Assembly (NCBI RefSeq): GCF_035084215.1
Contig: NC_090333.1
Location: 69,502,001-69,566,000, forward strand
DNA from: Heptranchias perlo
Lineage: Eukaryota
Reading direction: 5' to 3'
Length of the DNA: 64,000 nt
How positions within the stretch are numbered: the stretch's first letter is position 1; each line of letters opens with the position of its first letter. A model generated the notes under the pieces. That model saw nothing but the letters and a program-made list of their open reading frames with translations. It had not been told where the DNA came from and made no database searches. Made by a program: the position numbers and the translations under genes. Below, piece after piece: positions 1 to 13,752 of the stretch.

Positions 1-937
1 TCCTACATTGTCCAGCTCAGAGAGACTACCTATCCAATCGTACCCACAGCATCTCCAGCAATGGCTTCACTTCCCGCCCCATTATCTCTGGAGTGCCCCA
101 AAGATCTATAATCGGCCTCCTCCTTTTCCACATCTACATGCTGCCCCATGGCAACATCGTCTAAAGGCATAGGGTTCAGCTCCCATATGTACGCAGAAGA
201 CACCCAGCTCTACCTCTCCACTATCTGTGCTATCAGACTGCTTGTCTGACATCCAGTCTTCGGTGAGCCATAATTTCCTCCAGCTGAATGTTAGGAAGAC
301 TGAAGCCAATGTCTTCAGCACCTGCCATAAACTCCCTAACCTTGTAGCCAATTCCATCTCCCTCCCCGGCCACTGTCAGGTTGAACTAGACTGTTAATCT
401 CAACCCCATATCCTCTCAATCATAAAGGCTGTCACCTTCCACCTCGGTAACATCGCCCATCTGCTGCTGAACCTCAACACCTTTGTCACCGACTATTCGA
501 AATACTTTCCTAACGATCCTCCACCCTGTGTAAACCTCAGCTCATTCAAAATTCTGCTGCCTGTATTCTATTCTGCACAAATTTAAAAACCTCATCCTCG
601 TTTAAATCCTTTCATGACTGTGTCCCTCCCTATTTCAGTAACCTCCTACAGCTCCCCCAAAAATCTGTTTCTCCGACTCTGACCTCTTGTGCATCATCCT
701 CCACCCACCCCCCCCACCCTTCGGTGGCCATGCTTTCAGCAGTCTAGGCCTCACACACTGGAATTCCCTCCCTAAACCTTACTACCTCTCGATGTCCCTC
801 TCCTCTAAGACCCTCCTTAAAATCCACATCTTTGGCCAAGCATTTGGTCACTCCTCCTAATATCTCCTTCTCTGGTTCAGTGCCCATTTGTGAAGCACCT
901 CAACAATAAATGCTGTATAAATCCAAGTTGTTGTTGA
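1..937 (+). mobile_element. Degenerate L2-clade LINE, 3' portion
   Basis: ATGTACGCAGAAGACACCCAGCTCTAC (MYAeDTQLY, decayed YADD RT motif) near 188-215. L2-type 3' tail ...gctgtataaatccaagttgttgttg. Confidence 0.8.
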
Positions 938-3019
938 TGTTGGAGTGTAATCTTCGCACACAAGCTTTTATCTACCCTGAGCATGGACACGAATAAGGTT
1001 TAGAAAATCTGGTTAGCTGTCAGCCAGGTGTCCAACCTGCCCCTATACCCATTACCATGCTGAAGTCTCTCTGAATCAAGCTACAGCTGCTCTACTTCGG
1101 TAGAATTTCTTTGTTCATCCATATCCAGAGAAATTGAGTTTCAGACTTTTGCTCCTTTCTCCCCCCACCAAAGTATGCACAGGAGTACTGCTGGAATTTA
1201 ACCAACCAAAACCAATCTGCTTACCAGCAGAGCATTGGTAGGCTTTCTGCCTAGAGAATTACCTGACTTGTTCAGGAATTGGCTTGTACAGTTACCTGGA
1301 GCCAAGTGGGAAGAATCCTAACTCCCAGCAACAGGTCTACCCCTCTTCAATTCCCATCAACACAGCAGGATGGCTGATGAATCAGCCGTGCTCCTGAGTA
1401 TTGCCAATCGGCCTGGCTCAGGCCGTGGAATATAGAGTCAGACATGGATAGTTGACGTGGTTCCAAATTTTCCAGTCGTGTCATCCTAAAGCCCACTCAA
1501 TGCCAAAGACACCCCACTTAACGTAACCCTGCCCCACCCCCCTCCCAATGTGAATAATCACCTCACGAGCAGTCTGCTGAGCAACACAACTCACTATAAA
1601 ATATGCAACCATATTGCTATCATGCTTCATTCATACAGCATGAAGGCACCATACTCCACTAGTTGGAGTCACAGAGCTTCAGTGGCAACTGCCAGCCTCT
1701 CTGCAATCCATAATAGGCACCAAACCCTAGATATACAAGTGTATGGTATCATATCCAGCCTTCAGCTCAGGTCTTTCTGCAGCTGTTGTGCAAGTATTCT
1801 AGTTAGTAAGCAAGCCGGTACTCCTTACGACTCAACTGATGTTCTACTTTGTTAATCATCACAATGAGTGCAAACATCCAACACTTAGTGCTCAGGTTTG
1901 CTTGCAGTACTGAGTGGTGCTTGGTTAGACTGTTGAAGGCTTTTTGTAACTAGTCCTGCCCCGAAATATCATAGAAGGCCTCCGGTATAGTTCAAAGTTC
2001 AAGGGAGGTCATTCCTCGGACTTGGGAGTCCTGAGACACTGACAGCTGTGCCCAGACACATGTGGCCTTTTGACAAATGATGGTGGATATTGCATGCAAC
2101 GCCTGTTACATGGCTGACACGGGTATACAGCACAGCATACCAAACATTCCAAGACATAGAAACAGATGGCAAAGATTTCCAGTCACCATATAAACAAGCC
2201 AAATAGGCACACTTGCTTCAGAAATTGCTAGTATTAAGGAAGTCCCTTGCTTCATGTTAAAAGCAACAGGAAAAAGAGATTAATTTCAAATTCCATTCTG
2301 TTGCGGATGATTTTGCCGAATCTTGAATGCAGACAGGATTACAAAAGCTGTCATCACCTAATCTCGACTCTATTAAGTAGTCTTTATCATTGATTGTTAG
2401 ACAATGTGATGGTCACCAACTCATTAACAAGATCGAAAAACAAATTTTGAATTTCCTAATTCAGTCAGGTTACTTTAATGAAGTATTTGAGCCAGTACAA
2501 CATTATTACAGCCCCTTAAGGCATTACAGAATTTGAAAGGAAACAGTTTGTGTGGGCAGGGGAGGCGAAAAGAGAAGGGAAGACTTAAACAGTGGAGGTA
2601 TTATTCCCAACTATAATCCTCCCATGCAAAGTAAACATGTCCACATCATGAGAGAAAATTCAATGCCTTGAATAAGTGTGCCAAGTGAAATAATTGGTCT
2701 ATAGCTTACGAGATGAACGATAATCAAGCCTCAAGTCAGGTTGGTTTCATCTCATTTTGCAGTGGACGGTTTTCAACAAACATTACCTTGTAAATGAAAC
2801 AACTGGAGAGAGAAAAGGAGAACCACACAGAGAAAGGGGGGGGACGGTAACGACCCACACACAAAGGGGGGAGGGGGAGGCGGGGGGAGGGACAAAGATC
2901 ATACTAACAAAAGGAAACAAGGTTGCAACACTACTTTCATTATATAGTTTTGCTAATGCACATTCTATTGCAGTTTATTTATAGTTTTTTTTTAAAAAGT
3001 TACGATTTACATTCATTCA

Positions 3020-3600
3020 ATGGGCAAAATTACAGCGGGTTTAATGCACAGTTATTAATATGTAAATCATTCAGCAAGGAAGAGATGCCCCATGAGTTGC
3101 AAATCGCCACAAGTTACTGGACCATATGTGCCGCACTGCTGTTAGCCTTGCGAAAATGGCAGCTCGCCCTCAACCTCAGAGTTTCAGAAAATTGCTGCAT
3201 TTGTGCTGTTAAAACAAATTAAATTCGCCGCTGAAAATTAGGGCTGGTACTCACAGCATAAGGATCCCATTAACGATGAGATTTATGTTCCTGTAATGTC
3301 ACTCAACCTCTCTGGCCCTGAAAGGGAACAATTTAAACTGTGGAGTCTCATTCCTATAAGTAGTGAATTATGATGAGATTTAAATTTTCTTTTAATTTTC
3401 CAATATTTTTCTAGCTTTTCTGTTGTCTCTCTCTCTCTCTCTATCCAATCTTTCTTTCCCTCTATTTCTCTTTCTGCACCTGATTTGACTAATTCACCCC
3501 ATTATCTTCTCTGTCGTTTGCGCTGAATGATGAGGGGAAGATCCAACGGGGCATGTCACAAGATGCCCTGCTCCAGCAAACTCTGGGGCCAATCTTTTGT
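3020..3600 (+). repeat. Old interspersed non-coding repeat (family A)
   Basis: Shares the motifs tgtggagtctcattcct and ctg(c/t)acctgatttgac with copies at ~43695-44190 (-), ~58015-58400 and ~61215-61530. Confidence 0.6.
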
Positions 3601-4204
3601 TTTGTTGAAATGACAAATCTCACCATTTTTTCCCCCTCAGTCCCAGCTCTCCCTGGGTCACGACCCAACTGCAATGGAGAGTAGACAACTATCACCAGTG
3701 CTCTCAACAGGATAATCCTTGCAAAACTACTTGATGCCAGTTGCTACTGGCACATCACAACATGTGACACCATGGTGCTGTCCCTGCTCAACCAGCACTC
3801 AAAGTGGGAGTCATTCTGCTGTATGGGAAAGGTATTTTTTTTAATACAAGTGGGAGTTTAATACAAATGGGTCCACGCCAGTCTGAACAAAATTTCTTGT
3901 CATTCCCAATAATAAGTTAGTGATACTAAAAAAACCTGGCGGGCACAGATAAGGCAAATTTTGATCTTATAAATTCAAAGTAAATAAATTAACAGATTAT
4001 TGGTTCTCTATTCTTCAAATAATTGATTGCTCTTAATGATGTTTTCCCCCCCAAAAATAACTTCAAGGACAGATAACTGCAGGAGCAGGAAATGAAAATG
4101 GGAAAATGAAATGGAGCACTTGCCACAGGCCCCTCAATACATTCCTCCAGTATATTAAGCAAAAAAAGTGTCTTGTAACGATAGCATGGCAAGCTCAGCC
4201 AAAC

Positions 4205-4320
4205 GACAGAATTTACAGCACAGAAACAGGCCATTCGACCCAAATGGTCCAGGCCAGTGTTGATGCACTGTATGGGCCTCCTCCCACCCTACTTCATCTA
4301 ACCCCATCAGCATAACCTTC
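4205..4320 (-). mobile_element. CR1 LINE 3' UTR fragment
   Basis: tacagcacagaaacaggccattcg is the reverse complement of the CR1 tail seen at 61165-61190. Confidence 0.7.
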
Positions 4321-5138
4321 CAACGAAGACACCAACAGGAGCTACAGCAGAGGAGGCACAGCGTTAATACGGATAAATCTCAATCTTTTAGCTGGCTGAG
4401 GCGCCCAAAGGATCGCAGCTGCCAAAATCACAAGCAGGGCTGCCCTTCACTCCAAGTCCGATTCTCATTCAGAGCAGCAGTCTGAACTTGGTATTGAAAA
4501 ATTCCATATTTTGTTTCTTTAGGCAGGTCTAATTAACTAGAGACGTGTGTCCGGTCACATTTATTCAATGCTTTGTATCGGGTTTTGAGGGGTTATTAGC
4601 TCCAGCCTGTCAACTCAACTACCTATACAGTCAAAGTAATGCTTCCTTAAAAATTGAAAAATGATCGCATTTTATGTTTCACCCACCTACAAAACAAAAG
4701 CACATACCCAGATAGAAACCATATTAATATTTGATTGGGAGACAGTTTCTTCCACAAAATGTTATCAATGCCCGTTAAAGATCAGCCAAAAGGAGATTAG
4801 GTTAGAGTGGGGGGAAAATGGTCAAGCAAGATCGCTTTTTCAATAAGGGCATCACACTAGTCTACCAGGGAGGAGAACGCCAAGTCACAAGAAATACAGC
4901 TCCACATCCCCTTTTCCACCTACCCCTCCCCCTCCCCCCCCTCCTCCCAACACAATCAACACTGGATGCTCGACATTTGACTACCAGCTAATATATAAAA
5001 CCTTTAGATCATGTTAAATCACCGGTTGGATGCCAAAACCAGAGTTTCCTCAGCTGTTACAAAGAGTCAAAAGAGCAACTTCTACTGACTATATCTACAG
5101 CTACAATTTTTAAAAATTCTAAAATATCAAGTAGCAGA

Positions 5139-5570
5139 GTGTGTCAGCTGTGGCTCAGTTGGTAGCACTCATCTGAGTCAGAAGGTCATGGGATCAAGTC
5201 CCACTTCAGAGACTTGAGAATAAAACCTATGCAGACAGTACATTGCAGTACTGAGTGAGCGCTGCACGATCGGAGGTGCAGTTTTTCAGATGAGACATTG
5301 AACAAGGCCCGGTCTGCTCTCAAGTTGATATAAAAGATCCCATGGCACTATTTCCAAGAACAGCAGGGGAGTTCTCCCTGGTGTCCTGGCCAACATTTGT
5401 CCCTCAACTATCACCACTAAAAAACAGACGATCTTGCCATTATCTTATTGCAGTTTGTGGGACCTTGCTTTGCGCAAATTGGCTGCCAAGTTTATAACAG
5501 CGATTACACTTCAAAAGTACTTTTGGACATCCCGAGATAGTGAAAGGTTCTATATAAATGAGTCTTTCTT
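5139..5570 (+). mobile_element. tRNA-derived SINE, SacSINE1/DeuSINE type
   Basis: A box tggctcagttgg, B box ggatcaagtccc, Deu-like central domain (ggaggtgc...agatgagac...aaaagatcccatggcactatt) and an L2-like tail. Confidence 0.85.
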
Positions 5571-6874
5571 TCCATAGTGACTGCACCACTTGGAGGAGGA
5601 AACAGAAGCTGGAGTTACCCAAGGCACCATACACAGTGTGCCTCTGCCTCCTTCATCATAGAACAATGAGAACATGGGCACATGGAGGAAATCTGGGATT
5701 TGCAATATGGCAAAACACATTTGCATCACAAAATGCAGGCAATTTAGGAACATAGGAATAGTAAGCCATTCAGCCCCTCAAGCCTGTTCTGCCCTTCAAT
5801 TAGTTCATGGCTGAACTGTTTGATACCAGGAAATGTTCCAAGTGGAATTCAGGCTCAAGACAAAGCTTCAATCATTTTTACCAAAGGCTAGATATGGAAC
5901 ATGTTTAAAGATGGAATGTTTCACACCAATTTAGTGTGCGAGTTAAGAACTTTGGAGCAATATACATACACAAGATCTTCTCAGCTATGTAAGGATACAG
6001 TACCAAATCAACTGTCGAACAGTTAACACCGGCTTGTTTTCTAATGAAAATGAAAGTGTGAAGGTGACTAGGCTTCAACACCTTTTGTTCTGCTTTTAGA
6101 TTTTTAAAACATTTCTGACTTGAGCTTGATTTTTCCACTTTTAGATTCTGTCCAGAAAGGTACTTGTATATAAAGTACTTAACCACATCAACTGTGGGGA
6201 GAGGGGAGGCGGGACCCACATCATGCAGGCCTACAGAAAAGGGCTCAACACAGGCTGGTACTTGGAATTCCAGGTGGAGTTCACATGTGACACATGCAGA
6301 TGGACAGCAGGCATATGAGGCAAAAAATAACTCATTTGGTCAATCAATATAAAGATACACCCACCTTGCAATTTTATATATTTATTTGCTTGCATTAGTT
6401 CAAAATGATGGACAACTGCCAGGTTATAAAACATTTTTCTCTTGTACAACCTTCAGCATTAATCACCCCAAGGTAAAGTAGAATCTGGGACATGGTAGAG
6501 GCCCCTCTATTCTGGCTCCAGCCTCATCCATCCTTACTCAACTAGTGGGAACTTTTGCTAGTTCTTACACTGGCCATACTTATCGCTACTCCAAGATTCC
6601 TATTGCTACATTTTTGCTTGGCAGCTAGCAGAGGAGGCTTTCAACCGATCAACACCAGTTGTATTCAAACACAGTTGAGTGGATGAAGGGACCCCACTGC
6701 AGCACCTATGCCCTTTCCACTTTGCTATTCGTACATGCTGTACTTACCACAGTGTACTGCACCAAAGTGAACTTCTGAACAAACAGTTCCCTAAACATGC
6801 AGGAATGATCTATATTATTCATTTTTTTTTAAATCCTAATACAAAGCAATAACTATTTTTCCAAACATATGAAA

Positions 6875-7290
6875 ATGACAGAACGGAAAAGACCTACTGG
6901 TCCATCCAGTCTGTCCTACACAGCTGTGATACCTTGTGCTTCACAATACATACATTCTTCACCCCACCCAGGTGCTCTCCTGTGGGAGGCAAAAAAACTA
7001 AAACACCCAGGCCAATTAGAGAAAAAAAACCCTGGAAAATTCCTCTGATCCTCTCGGGCAATCAAAACTAGTCCAGGAGGTCACATAGGAATCCTTCAAG
7101 GTAAATCAGGGCCAACCTCTTGTACGAGGAGATCGCCACCCCAGCCAGAAACAGGTCCAGCATTCTCTGGGAAAGTTAGAACCATCGAACATCTAACTTA
7201 GTTCTACCCGTACATAATCCCTGGTCCTCTCTAACCTATTGAGAAATAATTGGCCTACATAAACTCTATCTAATCCCTTCATTATTTTGT
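6875..7290 (-). mobile_element. Degenerate CR1-like LINE 3' fragment
   Basis: aaaagacctactggtccatccagtctg-type 3' end, and ...tctatctaatcccttcattattttg, which is the antisense of the CR1 ORF2 C-terminus. Confidence 0.45.
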
Positions 7291-8034
7291 TCCTATTGGT
7301 TATGGAAAAGGCCTTCTGTAGTGAGGAACATTTGATTTCTGCTAGCTGGAGATTTATCTAGTTAGTAACATGAAAAACTGGTTGTATATAAAAATGAATT
7401 GCCAACATACCTTCTTTCTTTACAGTATTTTTCAGTGTAAACATTCCGATATCTGTTGGAATGAATTCCACAGGAAAAGCTATCACCACCTACTTTCAAA
7501 CTGATAATTCAGACAGGCGTTTACCTTAATAGTCTATAAACACAAAGTAACACATTGAGAAAGTGACCTCAAAATTCCTTTCTTCATCAAACGATTGATG
7601 AAAGTGAGTACACTATTGCAACAGGTGTTTAAATATCATTAGGATAAATGCTTTCTGTATTTCCTTCTTCGGGTAAAGGGCTTAGTCATGGAAATAACAT
7701 GAATTATAAAAAGACTAAGATAACTAGCTTTCCCTGATGGGATTTACTCTATACTGGCTGATCCCTAAACTTGTTTGGATCTTAGAGCCAGAATGTTTAA
7801 TATTCTAATAGTAGGACGTGTCATGGACTCCACTGACCTCATTGCCAGCATGGTCAACTAGAAAAGCGGCGATAGGAAGAATTGTTGGGCTCTAAACCTC
7901 CAATGGAGTTCAATGTCCATCGTGGGAGTCACTTATCAGAGCTGGATATTTTATTGAGCAAACTCTAGTCAACGGCCAAGTTCCAAAGTGCCTAATTAAG
8001 CTTGAAGAGTGCAGAGTTAAGTGAGGAATGGGGA

Positions 8035-8220
8035 ACAAAAAGACTTGCATTTCTATAGCGCTTTTCACAACTTCGGGATGTCCCAAAGCGTTTTACAGCC
8101 AATGAAGTACTTTTGAAGTGCAGTTACTGTTGTAATGTAAGAAATGTGGCACCCAATTTGTTAACAGCAAGGTCCCACAAAGAGAAATGTAATAATGATC
8201 AGTTAATCTGTTTTAGTAAT
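8035..8220 (-). mobile_element. SacSINE1-type SINE 3' fragment
   Basis: Reverse complement of the SINE tail (gacttgcatttctatagcgcttttcacaac...gaagtacttttgaagtg). Confidence 0.75.
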
Positions 8221-9006
8221 AGAGTACCTGATATGATTTTAAATGCCTGTCGAATGTAAGAGGAAGGGAAGATTGAGGGACATAAAAAGATCCATAGCTT
8301 AGAGACCTGCCACAGTGAGATTGAGTAAGAGATGGTGCGATGAATCTTCATCAGGTTCCAAAGTGATGGCTTTGAAGGATATGATTTGACTTTTATTTTT
8401 AATGGGAGTTCAAGAAAAAACTCCCAGTCAAGAAAACATGTAGACAGGCACACACAGACACACTGATACCTCCAGTAGGGTTTGCCATCTGCTCACCTTT
8501 GACCTGGCAGTATGGATTTTGAATGGACTCTCCAGGTATGGAAACCACACACGGAAGTCCACTCTAAGTGCTAGTCAACCTCTGCCTGACAACATAGAGG
8601 ACCTGATCCTATCCTGCCCTTAACTTCAGCAAACTCACTAATATCACCTATGGAAACAAGTTGTGTGCCCTGGAGAAAAAAAAGTGTTTCTTCAAAAATG
8701 CTGAAAGCAGCTAGTTCTTGTAAAGTCCTGTATAGTTGATCAAAATCAATACAGTACTCAATAATCACAAGATCAATGGTTACAGTAGAGCAAAAATCTC
8801 AACAGGTATCAAAGCTCAAACTCTAAGCACAAGAATGCACTCCCATAATTACAATATACCTGAACTTCCTTCATTTATTTGAAAATCAGACCGGGGTTTA
8901 ACAATATTTTAAATGGAAGCCTTTTTCTTGGAAAAATATTGGTTTTCATCAACCACCTATTAACAAGGGAGGCAAGAAAAAAAAAGAAAAAAAAGAGAAA
9001 GAATTT

Positions 9007-9372
9007 AAGTCTATAAAATAATGAGGGGCATAGATAAGGTAGATAGTCAAAATCTTTTCCCAAAGGTAGGGGAGTCTATAACGAGGGGGCATAGATTTAA
9101 GGTGAGTGGGGAGAGATACAAAAGGGTTCAGAGGGGCAATTTTTTCACTCAATGGGTGGTGAGTGTCTGGAACGAGCTGCCAGAGGCAGTAGTAGAGGCG
9201 GGTACAATTTTGTCTTTTAAAAAGCATTTGGACAGTTACATGGGTAAGATGGGTATAGAGGGATATGGGCCAAGTGCAGGCAATTGGGACTAGCTTAGTG
9301 GTATAAACTGGGCGACATGGACATGTTGGGCCGAAGGGCCTGTTTCCATGTTGTAAACTTCTATGATTCTAT
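9007..9372 (+). mobile_element. Young 5'-truncated CR1 LINE (3' ~370 bp)
   Basis: Nearly identical (about 9 differences by eye) to 27183-27547. Ends in a ctatgattctat tail. Confidence 0.93.
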
Positions 9373-9759
9373 AATACCAGCAGGAGGAAAGAAAAATAGA
9401 ACAATTTACTTAGTAGCGAGTACCCCCAGGAACTTGATCTGGGTCCTCAAGAATTGGAAGATATCTCACGGCCAATGTGATTGAATGCAGGAGCTTGGTG
9501 AGAATATTTATAAAGGTGCCATTCTGATCAGAGCCCCCATAGCATTCATCCATTGTAGAAGGGTGGAACTTGTTTGGGCTGTATAATGTACACTGTACAA
9601 CCTTGAGTTAGTCCTTGTACATTTTGTGCTGACGATATGTCACTATATTTCTTGCCCTTGCTCTCATTTCCAGGTCGGTCAGAGTTTCTGGGTCTTTTAC
9701 AATTCAGTGTCGCTGGTCACGTCCCCTGCTGTGCAAATGGATTGGAGACACCACCTCAA

Positions 9760-9885
9760 CCAGGGGTTCCCAAACTTTTTTTTTTGCTGAGCGCGCCATT
9801 GGAGATTCATGTCCCCTGCGCGCCCTCCTTTTTCTAACAGTATTTTTGTATAATTAATGTTGGTGTAGACATAGCTGGCAACCCA
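9760..9885. mobile_element. hAT-like DNA transposon end (fragment)
   Basis: CAGGGGTTCCCAAACT at 9761 resembles a hAT-Charlie-type TIR. No partner TIR was found. Confidence 0.4.
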
Positions 9886-10984
9886 GAATAATTCAGCAGT
9901 TTTGTCACTTTAGCTGTTTTCCATCACATTTCTGCCAAAATGACGCCAGTGAAGTGGGAGCAGATCTGAGGAATTTCCTGGCCATCATGACAGTGTAAGC
10001 AACTTCGCTGAAAAGGAAACAAGCAGCACAAACACTTACGCCCGGCTCTGAATACCCTCAAAGCAAGTGTCCTTGGGAACCTGCCATCATACCGAATCAG
10101 GGAGATGGCAGACAGGCCTGCAGGCTTTGGGGGGGGTGGCTGGGTCAAACTCTAGATTTGACTAGAAGGGGGCCGAGCTGGCAAGTGAAGAATGCAGACA
10201 TATCCAGTCCGAAGGCTCGGAACTGCCTGGAGGCCGAAGACTGGTGACACAAGGTTCCTGAGAGTGAAATGGAGGCGATCCTCCAAAAGCCACATTGACC
10301 GCCTCAAAATATTGTTTTTGGGAGGGGGAACATGACACCCCCCCCCCCCCTCACCCCAATCGCTACACCACTTGCCTGTAAGTGCAAGTTTCTTTTCAGA
10401 TTGGGAGGATAAGTGCAAATAAACCCCTAATCTTCAAAGGTTTTTACTGAGTAGGCAAAGACATAATATGGTTGATTTAAATCTCAGTCTATGTGGCAGT
10501 GTAACTTCATTGAAGACAAAGATTTCACTGGCATTAAGCAGCCTATTTAATATTGGCTGCCATGGCACAGTACCTTGGTCGCCTGCAAATACTAGAGCAC
10601 AATGTCTGGAATAACAATTCTCAAGAGTTGCTGTGTTCCCGAAGGCTTACCACTGAAATCTTTCATTGTTACGCCGCCTTTTGTAAAAGAGTGATATATG
10701 TAGCAAACGACACACTTTTTAAAAAAAAAGAGGGGTTAGGCCAAGTAACACACAATGAGTGAAACAGTATTTTTACTACTGTTTTCTGGAATTTTTAACC
10801 AGTATTTATGGGATTAAATTCCATGAATATGCATTTTTCTACAAAAACTATAAGTCAGTGGACTTAGTGATTACTTGATGGCCCCTCACGTGTACTCAAT
10901 TTTTAGCTCACTTTTGGTAAAGCACTGGATATGGAGAGCTGATAAGGAAGATTACCAGATTGGAGGTAGCTACCTGCTGTTTAG

Positions 10985-11038
10985 GAAGGAGCGGAGGAAA
11001 GGAGGGAGGGAAGGAGGGAGGGAAGGAGGGAGGGAGGA
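10985..11038 (+). repeat. Purine-rich (GGAG/GGAA)n simple repeat
   Basis: ggaaggagggagggaaggagggaggg... read directly from the sequence. Confidence 0.85.
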
Positions 11039-11094
11039 TTTGCTCAGGCATTGGTAGCACTAAGGGTGGGAGTCACTAAAGATTGACTGAACTG

Positions 11095-13752
11095 CGTGGA
11101 GGTATTGAGGTTTCACCAACACAGGAATGGAGGGGCGGCTGATAAGGGATGAGATAAAGGCAGTAACAAGAAAAGGACCTTAGCTCAAAAAAACAAAATC
11201 AGGATGTAGAATCAGTATGGGTGAAGCAAAGAAATAACAAGGGGCAGAAAACACTGGTCAGAGTAGTTTATAGGCCCCCCTAACAGTATTTAGTGTTGGA
11301 CAGAGTATAAAATCAGCAAATTAAAGAAGCATGTAATAGGGGTAATGCAATAATCATGGGGGACTTTAATCTTCATAGACTGGGCAAACCAAATTGGCAA
11401 AACTAGTTTGGAGGACAAGTTCATGGAATGCATTAGAGTATTTTTTTTCCTAACAGTGTCGGGGAACCAACTAAGGAACATGCTATTTTGGATCTAGTGT
11501 TGTGTAATGAGACAGGGTTAATTAGTAATCTTATGGTAAAGGATCCTCTGGGGAAGAGTGATCATAATATGATGAAATTCATACGGAGTTCGAGAATGAT
11601 GTCGTGAAGTCCGAAACTAGGGTCTTAAATTCAAACAAAGCTAATTCCGTAGGGGTATGAGGTGCGAGTTGGCTAAGGTTGATTGAGAAATTAGATTAAA
11701 AGGTATGACGGTAGATAAGCAATGGTGAACATTTCAAGAAATAATTCAAAATTCTCAACAAATGTACATTGCCTTGTGGGATAAAAACTCCACAGGAAAA
11801 AAGTGATCCAGCCGTGGCTAAATGGAGAAGTTAAGGATACTATTAGATTAAAAGAAAAGGCTTACAATGTTGCCAGAGTAGTAAGCCTGAGGATTGGGAT
11901 TGTTTTAGAAATCAGCAAAGGCTGATCAAGAAACTGAGGGAGAAAATTGAATACGAGTGTAAACTAGCAAGCAACATAAAAACAGATTGTAAGAGCTTCT
12001 ACAATTATGTAAAAAGGAAGAGATTAGCAAAAGCAAACGCAAACATGGTTCCCTTAGGAGGCAGAGATAGGAGAAATTATAATGAGGAATAAAGAAATGG
12101 CAGAAACGTTAAACCAGTATTTTGTATCTGTCTTCACAGTAGAAGACACAAAAATCATACCGGAAATAGTGGGGATCAAAGGGATCAATGGAGAGTGAGG
12201 AACTTAAGTAATTAATATTAGTAAAGAAAAAGTACTGGAGAAATTAAAGGGGCTAAAAGCCAATAAATCCCTTGGACCTGATGGCCTACATCCTAGGGTT
12301 CTATAAGAGGCGGCTGCATTGGTTGTGATCTTCCAGAATTCCCTAGATTCTAGAACAGTGCCCATGGATAGGAAGGTAGAAAAGGTAAGACCGCTATTCA
12401 AGAAAGGAGAGGGGAAACAGGGAACGACAGGCCAGTTAGCCTGACACCAATAGTAGAGAAAATGCTAGAATCTATTATTAAGGACACAGTAACAGGCACT
12501 TAGAAAATCATATGATTGGGCAGAATTAACACAGCTTTATGAAAGGGAAATAGTGTTTACAAATCTATTAGAGTTTTTTTGAGGGTGTAACTAGCAGAGT
12601 AGATAAGGAGGAAACCAGTGGATGTAGTATATTTGGATTTTCAAAAGGCATTTGATAAAGTGCCATAGGAGAGGTTGTTACACAAGATTGGGACTCATGG
12701 AATTAGGGGTAATATATTAGCATGGATTAAGGATTGGTTAACAGGCAGAAAATAGAGTAGGAATAAATGGATCATTTTTGGGTTGGCAGTTTATAACTAG
12801 TAGAGTACTGCAAGGATCAATGCCTGGGCCTCAGCTGTTTAATATATAGCAAAGACTTAGATGAGGGGACCTAGTGTAATGTATCCAAGTTTGCTGACGA
12901 TACAAAGCTAGGTGGGACAGTAAGCTGTGAGGAGAATGCAAAGAGGCCGCAGAGGGGATATAGACAGGTTAAGTGAGTGAGCGAGCAGGTGGTAGATTGA
13001 GTGTAATGTGGGGAAATATGAGATTATCCACTTTTGTAGGAATAGAAAAGCAGAATTTTTTTTTAAGAAAGGTGAGACACTAAGAAATGTTGGTACTCAA
13101 ATGATTTGGGTGCTCTTGTACACAAATCACAGACAGTTAACATGCAAGCAATTAGGAAGGAAAATGGTATGTTGGCCTTTATTGCAAGGGGTATGGAGTG
13201 CAAGAGTAAGGAGGTCTTGCTACAATTATACAGGGCTCTGGTGAGATTAGACCTGGTGTACTGTGTATAGTTTTAGTCTCTATCTAAAGACTGTTTTATA
13301 CTTGCCTTAGAGGGAATGGAACAAAGGTTCACGAGATTTGATTCATGGAATGAGAGGGTTGTCCTTTGAGAGATTGAGTAGAATGGGCCTATACTCGAGT
13401 TAAGAATGAAAGGTGATCTCACTGAAACATGAAATTCTGAGCCAAGAGGCTCTTTCCCCTGGATGGAGTCTAGAACTAGGGGTCATAGTCTCAAGATAAG
13501 GGGTCGGCCATTTAGGACTAAGAAAAATTTCTTCACTCAGAGGGTAATGAATGTTTGAAATACTCTACCCCAGAGGGCTGTGGATACTCAGTTATTGAAT
13601 ATATTCAAGACTGAGATCGACAGAGTTTTGGACATTAAGGGAATCAAGGGGTCTGCAGCTAAGGCAGGAAAGTGGAGTTGAGGTAGAAGATATCCATGAT
13701 ATTGAATGGCAGAGCAGGCTCGAGTATGGCCTACTCCTATTTCTTATCTTCT
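11095..13752 (+). mobile_element. Degenerate CR1 LINE ORF2 (endonuclease + RT) with 3' UTR
   Basis: Disrupted motifs YRPP (~11270), MGDFN (~11356), PGPDGLHP (~12270), YLDFQKAFDKV (~12628) and FADDTKL (~12890). Many stops and frameshifts. Confidence 0.92.

Noticed and set aside
5139-5215. tRNA-like A/B boxes (also at ~48760, ~50330, ~29200 and ~33250) as tRNA genes
   Set aside because: Each continues into a SINE body and lacks an intact cloverleaf.
9410-9553. Minus-strand ORF MDECYGG...RYLPILEDPDQVPGGTRY as a host-gene first exon
   Set aside because: No convincing in-phase donor and no recognisable homology.
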